A stretch of DNA of 47,317 nt from NCBI GenBank assembly GCA_947464995.1, contig CANHZG010000001.1, positions 1-47,317 of the forward strand, written 5' to 3'. This document shows, piece after piece, positions 38,320 to 47,317 of this stretch. Source of the stretch: Comamonadaceae bacterium. Its GTDB lineage: Bacteria; Pseudomonadota; Gammaproteobacteria; Burkholderiales; Burkholderiaceae_C. A program made the position numbers and the translations under genes. Positions within the stretch are counted from its first letter, which is position 1; each line of letters begins with the position of its first letter. Under the pieces are notes generated by a model. The model was not told the origin of the DNA. It ran no database searches and worked only from the letters and a program-made list of their open reading frames with translations.

Positions 38320-39554
38320 ACCATCTGCCCCATTTTGAATATGGGCAAGTACATGGCCACCACAATGCCGCCAATGATGGTGCCCAAAATCACGATGATG
38401 ATGGGCTCCATCAGGCTGGAAATACCCGCCACCATGTCATCGACCTCGGACTCATAAAAGTCTGCGGCCTTGCCCAGCATGTAGTCCAGCGAACCCGCCT
38501 CTTCGCCAATGGCACTCATTTGCAAAACCATGTGCGGGAACAGGTTCGCACCGGCCATGGCGGTAGTCAGGGACACCCCCGTTGAAACCTGCTGGCGGAT
38601 GCCCACCGTGGCGTTGGCGTACTCGGCGTTGCCCGCTGCACCTCCGACCGATTCCAGCGCTTCTACCAAAGGGACGCCGGCCGCAAACATGGTGGCCAGC
38701 GTGCGTGTCCAACGGGCGATACAGGATTTGCGCACCAGGACGCCAAAAATCGGCATACGCAATAGCAAAAAGTCCATGGTGTCTTGGAACTTCTTACTGT
38801 TCTTCCAGGCACGAAAAAACAGAAAAATACCGCCACCCAGGCCACCAAATATCAAATACCAGTAGCTGAGAAAAAACTCACTCACGGTAATCACCATCTG
38901 AGTGGGGGCCGGAAGCTCGCCACCAAAAGAAGAAAAAACCTGCTTAAACGAGGGGATCACCCAGATCATCAACACCGTAACCACACCAAAGGCAACGCAC
39001 AAAACCGCCACCGGATACATGAGGGCGGACTTGATCTTTGACTTTACGGCCTCCATTTTTTCCATGTAGGCGGCCAGCCGGTCCAGCAAAGAATCCAATA
39101 TACCCGCGGCCTCACCGGCGCCAACCAAATTGCAGTACAGCGTGTCAAATTGTTGCGGATGTTTGCGAAACGCAGCGCTCAGTGAGGAGCCAGCCTCAAT
39201 GTCAGTGCGGATGTTGTTAATCAGTCGACCCAGTGATGGGTTTGGGTTGCCTTGGCCAACGATGTCGAACGATTGAAGCAGTGGCACGCCAGCCTTCATC
39301 ATCGTGGCCAATTGGCGGGTAAAGATGGCAACTTCTTTGGGCCGTATGGATTGCCCCGAGCCCATGCGCCTTTTTTTGATCTTTTTTGGCGTAATACCCT
39401 GGCGGCGCAGGGTTGCGCGAACAAGGCTTTCCGCCGTGGATCGGGTTTCTCCCCTGACTGGGCGGCCGCTGCGGTCGGACCCTTCCCATTCGAAGATCGA
39501 TTCCTTAGAAGCCCCCTGGCGCCGTGCGTCCCTGGTTTCTTTTATGGTTGCCAT
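38316..39554 (-). CDS. pilC: Type IV pilus platform protein PilC (GspF family)
   Basis: FTRQLATMMKAGVPL, AGEAAGILD, KIKSALMYP, IGEEAGSLD.ML, AMYLPIF. Confidence 0.95.
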   Translation of the reverse strand: MATIKETRDARRQGASKESIFEWEGSDRSGRPVRGETRSTAESLVRATLRRQGITPKKIKKRRMGSGQSIRPKEVAIFTRQLATMMKAGVPLLQSFDIVGQGNPNPSLGRLINNIRTDIEAGSSLSAAFRKHPQQFDTLYCNLVGAGEAAGILDSLLDRLAAYMEKMEAVKSKIKSALMYPVAVLCVAFGVVTVLMIWVIPSFKQVFSSFGGELPAPTQMVITVSEFFLSYWYLIFGGLGGGIFLFFRAWKNSKKFQDTMDFLLLRMPIFGVLVRKSCIARWTRTLATMFAAGVPLVEALESVGGAAGNAEYANATVGIRQQVSTGVSLTTAMAGANLFPHMVLQMSAIGEEAGSLDYMLGKAADFYESEVDDMVAGISSLMEPIIIVILGTIIGGIVVAMYLPIFKMGQMV

Positions 39555-39571
39555 GCTTGCCTGTTGTGTTG

Positions 39572-41298
<1,727 letters not shown>

Positions 41299-41302
<4 letters not shown>

Positions 41303-41835
41303 AACTGCGATAGTGCCTTACCTTGTGTGTCTTTGGCCGATAAGCTGGGGTCGGCACCGGCCAGTGGCCAGTCGATGCCAACGGTGGGGTCGTCCCACGC
41401 TAGGCAGCCTTCGTCCTGCGGAGCGTAGTAATCCGTTGTTTTGTAGACAAACTCTGCGGTCTGTGACAGCACCAAAAAACCGTGCGCCAGACCAGGCGGT
41501 ATCCACAACTGGCGGTGGTTATCGCCAGACAATATTTCCCCCACCCATTGGCCAAAAGTGGCTGATGCAGGCCGGATATCGACGGCAACATCAAAAACCT
41601 CACCAGCCACCACGCGCACCAGCTTTCCTTGCGGCTGGGTGCGTTGAAAATGCATTCCACGCAGCACATGGCGTGCCGACTTTGAATGGTTGTCTTGCAC
41701 AAAATGCACGTCCAGGCCGGTTGCGTGGGCAAAGTCGCGGGCATTGAAGCTCTCGAAGAAAAAGCCACGGGCGTCGCCAAAAACCTTGGGTTCGATGAGC
41801 AAAACGTCGGCGATGGCGGTCGGCGTAGCGCGCAT
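41299..41835 (-). CDS. rfbC: dTDP-4-dehydrorhamnose 3,5-epimerase
   Basis: FGDARGFF.ESF, FVQDNHS.S, VLRGMHFQ, QGKLVRV, PPGLAHGF. Confidence 0.96.
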
Positions 41836-42734
41836 CAAAACACTTTTTCTGTGAGCAAGCGAAGCAGGTACTGACCATAGCCCGATTTAGCCAAGGGCTT
41901 GGCCAGGCGCTCCAGCTGCGCGTCATCAATCCACGCGCGGCGCCAAGCGATCTCTTCAGGTGCTGCGACTTTGAGTCCCTGGCGGTTTTCTATGGTGTAA
42001 ATGAATTGGCTCGCTTCGAGCATGGACTCGTGGGTGCCGGTATCGAGCCAGGCGTAACCCCGTCCCATGGTCTGCACATCCAGGCGCCCTTGCTCCAGGT
42101 ACAGCCGGTTGAGATCAGTGATTTCCAGCTCCCCACGGGCAGAGGGTTTGACTTGCCTGGCCATGGACACCACATTTTGGTCGTAAAAGTACAGGCCGGT
42201 GACCGCATAGCGCGACTTGGGCGCCAGTGGTTTTTCTTCCAAACTCATCGCGCGACCTGCGCCATCAAACTCCACAACGCCGTAGCGCTGCGGGTCTTGA
42301 ACGGCATAGGCAAAAACCGTAGCCCCTTGGGTTTGCGCGCAGGCCGAGTGCAGCAAAGTGGCAAAGTCGTGGCCGTAAAAAATGTTGTCGCCCAAGACCA
42401 AGGCGCTGTGCGCTCCATCCAAAAACGCTTCCCCGATCAAAAACGCCTGAGCGAGACCGTCAGGAGACGCCTGCACCGCGTAAGTGAACTGAACCCCCCA
42501 CTGGCTTCCGTCGCCCAGCAACTGCGCAAAACGCGGCGTGTCTTGCGGCGTGGAAATAATGAGAATTTCTCGAATACCAGCTAGCAGCAGCGTGCTCAGA
42601 GGGTAATAAATCATCGGTTTGTCGTAAATGGGCAGCAGCTGCTTGCTCACGACTTGAGTTGCCGGGTACAAGCGCGTGCCGGAACCGCCGGCCAAGACGA
42701 TGCCTTTGCGATGGGGTGCGGGGAGGGCGTTCAC
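41835..42734 (-). CDS. rfbA: Glucose-1-phosphate thymidylyltransferase
   Basis: [51 protein letters not shown]; GTG start overlapping the rfbD stop. Confidence 0.96.
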   Translation of the reverse strand: MNALPAPHRKGIVLAGGSGTRLYPATQVVSKQLLPIYDKPMIYYPLSTLLLAGIREILIISTPQDTPRFAQLLGDGSQWGVQFTYAVQASPDGLAQAFLIGEAFLDGAHSALVLGDNIFYGHDFATLLHSACAQTQGATVFAYAVQDPQRYGVVEFDGAGRAMSLEEKPLAPKSRYAVTGLYFYDQNVVSMARQVKPSARGELEITDLNRLYLEQGRLDVQTMGRGYAWLDTGTHESMLEASQFIYTIENRQGLKVAAPEEIAWRRAWIDDAQLERLAKPLAKSGYGQYLLRLLTEKVF

Positions 42735-43645
42735 GTGGGCTTGTTTCCTATGGTTTCTTGCAACATGCGCCGTACGCCTCGTTGCCAATGTGGTAAGTGT
42801 ATAGAAAATGCATCGCGCAGTCTGCTGGTGTCGAGCCGCGAGTTCAGCGGGCGCTGGGCCGCCGTGGGGTAGCTTGCTGTGGGAATGGCATGCACCTGGT
42901 CCGGTCGGGCGCGCAATCCAAGGCCAAGTCCTTGGGCTTGCTCCAGCACATAACGCGCATAGCCACACCAACTGGTCTCTCCGCCGGCCGTACAGTGGTA
43001 CAGGCCAGCCAGTTCAGGCCGCGCGATGGCCAATACCAACGCGTGCGCCGTGACGTCTGCCAACAACTCCGCCGACGTGGGAGTCCCTATCTGGTCGTCA
43101 ATGACCTGGAGTTGATCACGCTCACCGGCCAGGCGCAGCATGGTTTTTGCAAAGTTGCCGCCCCGCGCTGCGTAAACCCAGCTGGTTCTAAAGACCAAAT
43201 GCCGCGCGCAGTGGGCCACTGCGCGCTCGCCAGCGAGCTTGCTCTGGCCATACACGCTCAAGGGCGCGCACGCGTCCTCTTCGCGCCAGGCTCTGGTGCC
43301 GCTGCCGTCAAATACGTAGTCGGTGGAGTAGTGCACCAGCCAGGCGCCCAGTCGCTGCGCCTCTTCGGCCAGCACGGCCGGAGCACTTGCGTTGACGGCG
43401 TGGGCCAACTCGGGCTCACTTTCGGCGCGGTCTACGGCGGTGTGCGCTGCGGCATTGACGATGACGTCGGGCTTGACTTCACGCACTGTTTTGGCGATGC
43501 CGTGCAAATCACGCAAGTCGCCACAGGCGCCTTGCGGGTTTCGGGCGGCGTCCGATCCCAGGGCAAGCAGATCTCCCAGGACGCTCAGGCTGCGCTGCAA
43601 TTCCCAACCTACTTGGCCATTGCAGCCAAAAAGCAAAATCTTCAT
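42731..43645 (-). CDS. rfbD: dTDP-4-dehydrorhamnose reductase
   Basis: [44 protein letters not shown]. Confidence 0.95.
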   Translation of the reverse strand: MKILLFGCNGQVGWELQRSLSVLGDLLALGSDAARNPQGACGDLRDLHGIAKTVREVKPDVIVNAAAHTAVDRAESEPELAHAVNASAPAVLAEEAQRLGAWLVHYSTDYVFDGSGTRAWREEDACAPLSVYGQSKLAGERAVAHCARHLVFRTSWVYAARGGNFAKTMLRLAGERDQLQVIDDQIGTPTSAELLADVTAHALVLAIARPELAGLYHCTAGGETSWCGYARYVLEQAQGLGLGLRARPDQVHAIPTASYPTAAQRPLNSRLDTSRLRDAFSIHLPHWQRGVRRMLQETIGNKPT

Positions 43646-43699
43646 GGGCAAGCGCTTTCAGTTGGAGCGTGGGGGTATGGGGTCCAGCGGCAGGTCGTC

Positions 43700-44761
43700 C
43701 TATGCCGCATATTGCTGCGCCACCCATTCCCGGTAGGCTCCGCTTTGCACCTGCTCCACCCAGTGGGGGTGCTCCAGGTACCATTTCACGGTCTTGCGAA
43801 TGCCGGTTTCAAACGTCTCGGCAGGCGCCCAGCCCAATTCGCGCTGAAGCTTGCGCGCGTCAATCGCATAGCGCCGATCGTGCCCAGGGCGGTCGGTCAC
43901 AAAGGCGATTTGGTCTTTGTAGAGCTTGCCATCTGCGCGGGGTTTTAGTTCATCTAGTAGGCTGCATACGGTGTGCACAATCTCCAGGTTGGCCTTTTCG
44001 TTCCAGCCGCCCACGTTGTAGACCTCGCCCACCTTCCCAACTTCCAAAACCCGACGGATGGCGCTGCAGTGGTCCTTGACATACAGCCAGTCTCGGATCT
44101 GCTGGCCGTCTCCGTACACGGGCAATGGTTTGCCGGCTTGGGCGTTGACGATGAGCAGCGGAATCAGCTTTTCCGGGAAATGGAAGGGCCCGTAGTTGTT
44201 GCTGCAGTTGGTGGTGAGCACCGGCAGGCCGTAGGTGTGGTGGTAGGCGCGCACCAAGTGGTCGCTGGCGGCCTTGGAGGCCGAATAGGGGCTGTTGGGC
44301 TCATAGCGGTGGGTTTCGCTAAAAGCCGCCTCACCCGTGCCCAGCGACCCATACACCTCGTCGGTGGAGATGTGCAAAAACCTGAAGGTGGCCTTGTCGG
44401 CCTCACTGTGGGCGCCCCAGTAGGCGCGCACCGATTCCAGCAGCGCGAAAGTGCCCACCACATTGGTCTGAATGAAGGCGCCCGGGCTGGCGATGGAGCG
44501 GTCGACGTGACTCTCGGCGGCAAAGTTGAGCACCGCACGGGGCCGGTGCTGCGCCAGCAGACCGGCCACCAAGGCGGTGTCTGCTATATCACCCTGCACA
44601 AAAGTGTGGCGCATGTCGCCTTGCAAAGAGGCAAGGTTGGACAAATTGCCGGCATAGGTGAGCTTGTCCAGGTTAACCACCGCCTCACCGCAGCCAGCCA
44701 GCCAGTCCAGTACAAAGTTGCTGCCGATAAAACCGGCGCCGCCGGTGACAAGAATGGTCAT
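43700..44761 (-). CDS. rfbB: dTDP-glucose 4,6-dehydratase
   Basis: [52 protein letters not shown]. Confidence 0.97.
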   Translation of the reverse strand: MTILVTGGAGFIGSNFVLDWLAGCGEAVVNLDKLTYAGNLSNLASLQGDMRHTFVQGDIADTALVAGLLAQHRPRAVLNFAAESHVDRSIASPGAFIQTNVVGTFALLESVRAYWGAHSEADKATFRFLHISTDEVYGSLGTGEAAFSETHRYEPNSPYSASKAASDHLVRAYHHTYGLPVLTTNCSNNYGPFHFPEKLIPLLIVNAQAGKPLPVYGDGQQIRDWLYVKDHCSAIRRVLEVGKVGEVYNVGGWNEKANLEIVHTVCSLLDELKPRADGKLYKDQIAFVTDRPGHDRRYAIDARKLQRELGWAPAETFETGIRKTVKWYLEHPHWVEQVQSGAYREWVAQQYAA

Positions 44762-44938
44762 GGGAATGTGGGTGTTGCGTAAATAAGACAGTACGGATCC
44801 AAGTGTACGAGGCTTTGCGGCGGCTAATCGGGACTGTGGGGCTGCGGCGTATCGCGACAAACCATCGTGTCGTCGCACCCGGTTTGGGGGGCGCGTCGTG
44901 CACAATTCGATCAATTTGTTGAATTAAGGGCATGGAAA

Positions 44939-46042
44939 ATGGCAAAAGGCATGATTTTGGCGGCTGGACAAGGCACCCGCGTGCGCCCCCTGACCCGCGA
45001 CCTGCCCAAGCCCATGGTGCCCATTTTGGGTAAGCCTGTGATGGAGTACCTGATCGAGCACCTGGCGCGCCACGGAATCAAAGAAATCATGGTCAACGTG
45101 GCCTACCACCACCAAAAAATTGAAGAGTACTTTGGCGATGGGAGTCGGTGGGGCGTTGAAATTGGCTACTCATATGAGGGGCGACGCGAGCACGGCGACA
45201 TCTTGCCGCACCCCATGGGGTCAGCCGGGGGCCTTCGCCGCATCCAGGACTTCAGCGGTTTTTTTGATGAGACTACCCTGGTACTGTGTGGCGACGCGCT
45301 GATCGATTTGGACATCACCGCAGCTCTGGCAGAGCACCATGCCCAAGGCGCAATTGCTAGCCTGGTGGCCCTGGAAGTGCCTTTGGCCGATGTCAGCGCC
45401 TATGGCATCGTGGTGGCCGGACCCGATGGACGCATCGCGTCGTTCCAGGAAAAACCGGCGCCGCAGGACGCCAAGTCCAACCTGGCCAGCACGGGCGTCT
45501 ACATTTTCGAACCGCAAGTACTTGATATGGTGCCCTCGGGGGTGGGGTACGACATTGGTTCAGAGCTGTTTCCCCAGCTGGTTGCGCGAAAAATGCCGTT
45601 TTTTGTGCAAAACCGGCCCTTTCATTGGATAGACATCGGGCGGGTGAGCGATTACTGGTCAGTGCTGCAGCGCGTGCTCAAGGGTGAGATTGCCGAAATG
45701 CCCATGCCGGGCAAGCAAGTCCGGCCCGGCATTTGGGTCGGGCTCAATACCTCCATCGACTGGGACCGGGTCAAAATCCAGGGGCCTGTCTACATTGGTT
45801 CGGGTACGCGCATAGAGCCCGGTGCGTCGATTGTGGGGCCAGCGTGGATTGGGCACGGAAGCGTCATTCGATCAGGCGCACGCGTGACGCGCAGCGTGAT
45901 TTTTGAATACACCCGCATCGCTGCAGATATGCACTTCAACGAGATGATTGTTTCGCGCCATTACTGCGTGGACCGCCATGGTGACACCCTGTACCGGGGC
46001 GACGACACGTCCCCGCTGCGCTGGGGCGATGCACGTGCCTGA
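44939..46042 (+). CDS. Sugar-1-phosphate nucleotidyltransferase, CugP-like (cyanobacterial-type UDP-glucose pyrophosphorylase) / NDP-sugar synthase
   Basis: MILAAGQGTRVRP..PKPM.PIL.KPVME, YSYEG...GSAGG..RIQDF..FFD.T..VLCGDALIDLD, WIDIG...DYW, C-terminal hexapeptide region ending YCVD...DAR. Confidence 0.8.
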   Translation: MAKGMILAAGQGTRVRPLTRDLPKPMVPILGKPVMEYLIEHLARHGIKEIMVNVAYHHQKIEEYFGDGSRWGVEIGYSYEGRREHGDILPHPMGSAGGLRRIQDFSGFFDETTLVLCGDALIDLDITAALAEHHAQGAIASLVALEVPLADVSAYGIVVAGPDGRIASFQEKPAPQDAKSNLASTGVYIFEPQVLDMVPSGVGYDIGSELFPQLVARKMPFFVQNRPFHWIDIGRVSDYWSVLQRVLKGEIAEMPMPGKQVRPGIWVGLNTSIDWDRVKIQGPVYIGSGTRIEPGASIVGPAWIGHGSVIRSGARVTRSVIFEYTRIAADMHFNEMIVSRHYCVDRHGDTLYRGDDTSPLRWGDARA

Positions 46043-46117
46043 AACCGGCCAATGGGTTCCAAGCGCGGCGCATGGATGACATAAACCTTGTAAAAATCCG
46101 ACTGAGCACGTGCCCAC

Positions 46118-46870
46118 ATGGTGAAACCACTCATATCGATCGTCACTCCCACTTTCAACCGGGAGAGCATGCTAAGCGCCATACACCGTTGTGTGCTCGA
46201 CCAATCCTATGGCAACTGGGAATGGATCATTCTGGATGACTCTGCGCAACCCAGCGCCTATTTTTTGGCCCAACATGATCCGCGTATCCGTTACCACCAT
46301 GTTGGCATTCGCCAGTGTGTTGGCGACAAGCGCAACTGGCTCAACGGGCAGGCGCGCGGTGCAATCATCGCCCACGTTGACGACGACGAGTATTACGCGC
46401 CCCAATACTTGGAATACATGGCCCATCAACTGGAGGCCAAGGGCGCCGATTTGGTCAAGTTGTCGGCCTTTTTTATCTACAGCGCGGTGTATGACCGGTT
46501 CGCCTATTGGGATTTGACAGAAAAAACCGGCCTGCACTTCATTTGGTCGGATCAGCCGATTGCGGTGGCCCATGTCGACGAACAAGACACCATGTTCAAA
46601 GACAACCACCTGGGTTACGGGTTTTCTTATGTGTATTTAAAAACCGTGTGGTCTGCCTGCCCATTTGCGTCGGTTGCGTTTAACGAAGACGCCCCCTTTG
46701 TACGCGCGGCGCTCACGAAATCCAAGGTGGTGGAATTTATCAAAGACGAAGTGGGCTTGTGCATTCACGTCTTGCATGCAGCCAATACCTCGGCCTGCTT
46801 TCCCCAGTATGCAATCCCGGCACCGCTGGCTCGAACATTCTTCCCTAGATTATCCGGACACTCGGCGTGA
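46118..46870 (+). CDS. Glycosyltransferase family 2 protein
   Basis: ISIVTPTFNR, WEWIILDDS, G.KRN.....ARG.IIAHVDDDEYY, late ED motif. Confidence 0.85.
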   Translation: MVKPLISIVTPTFNRESMLSAIHRCVLDQSYGNWEWIILDDSAQPSAYFLAQHDPRIRYHHVGIRQCVGDKRNWLNGQARGAIIAHVDDDEYYAPQYLEYMAHQLEAKGADLVKLSAFFIYSAVYDRFAYWDLTEKTGLHFIWSDQPIAVAHVDEQDTMFKDNHLGYGFSYVYLKTVWSACPFASVAFNEDAPFVRAALTKSKVVEFIKDEVGLCIHVLHAANTSACFPQYAIPAPLARTFFPRLSGHSA

Positions 46871-47088
46871 ATGGAGGGGTCACCGCACTAGGGGAGGTCT
46901 GAATAGGTAACCTTTTGACTCGCACAGACCTTAGATGGTCTCCACGTCCCGAACGGGGCGCTTTACCTGACTAATTTAAACCTGCTCGACAGTTTTCGAG
47001 CGTAAAGAGTTGAGCACAAAAATGCCAAAGATCTTATTTTCAGCACGCGTCAAATAAACCGGTTTTCTGTCTTTTCGGGCTGATACCA

Positions 47089-47109
47089 AGCGTCAAAAAA
47101 ATTGACGCT
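47089..47109. terminator. Hairpin downstream of higA (possible terminator)
   Basis: AGCGTCAA-aaaaa-TTGACGCT, 8-bp stem, about 30 nt after the higA stop; no clear U-tract. Confidence 0.35.
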
Positions 47110-47140
47110 CAACTTGAATATAGGCGAGTCGGCTTTCGTC

Positions 47141-47317
47141 TTAGGCAGCAATGCTCGCTTGGTCAAACAATGGCGCAAGTGCTGGATTGCTTTTGAGCTT
47201 GACTCCTGCATCCCACAGGTCAACGGCCTGCTGCATGCTGAGCCAGCTCTCAGGCGTTCCACCCACAGCGCTGGAAATTCGGATCGCCATTTCTGCCGTG
47301 ACTGATTTCTCTTCATG
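47141..47317 (-). CDS. higA: HigA-family addiction-module antitoxin, C-terminal part (5' end outside the window)
   Basis: Manual translation: HEEKSVTAEMAIRISSAVGGTPESWLSMQQAVDLWDA...AA*, matching the HigA pattern '.T.EMA.R....G.TPE.WL..Q...DLW'. Absent from the ORF track. Confidence 0.85.
   Translation of the reverse strand, partial: HEEKSVTAEMAIRISSAVGGTPESWLSMQQAVDLWDAGVKLKSNPALAPLFDQASIAA

Noticed and set aside
47107-47146. attC-like look downstream of higA (minus strand GCCTAAG...AAGCCGAC...GTTGAGC)
   Set aside because: Only about 40 nt, the first box is not RYYYAAC, arms pair poorly and no integrase is visible.
47050-47316. 88-aa minus-strand ORF in the track
   Set aside because: Overlaps the HigA-like frame, which has a recognisable family motif; this frame has none.

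Overview
GC-rich betaproteobacterial chromosome segment; protein sequences and gene order suggest Comamonadaceae (inference). Left to right: groEL (5' end) and groES with a CIRCE operator and a sigma32-like promoter; an RND efflux pair (adaptor plus AcrB-type permease); then a 13 kb minus-strand run: thiD-like kinase, hemL, small HNH protein, YnjC/YnjD-like ABC permease and ATPase (no binding protein), YnjF-like CDP-alcohol phosphatidyltransferase, VTT/DedA-fused flavoprotein disulfide reductase, oxidoreductase-SelD fusion, a degenerate copy of that oxidoreductase domain, and a YhgE/Pip-like membrane protein. Next come rubredoxin, photolyase, yqgE-ruvX-pyrR-pyrB-pyrC'-acyltransferase, a stand-alone secreted POTRA-domain gene behind a textbook FNR-type class II promoter, choline ABC transporter choXWV, dciA / M23 peptidase-secA-argJ-AAA ATPase-mutT, the convergent rfbBDAC-pilBCD-coaE-zapD-yacG run, a CugP-like nucleotidyltransferase, a GT2 glycosyltransferase and the 3' end of a higA antitoxin missed by the ORF track. 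No rRNA, tRNA or CRISPR array was seen. The best candidates for undescribed biology are the SelD/lipid-transferase/ABC/Pip module (5.3-16.4 kb) and the FNR-box POTRA-only gene. All calls come from reading motifs by eye; no database searches were run.
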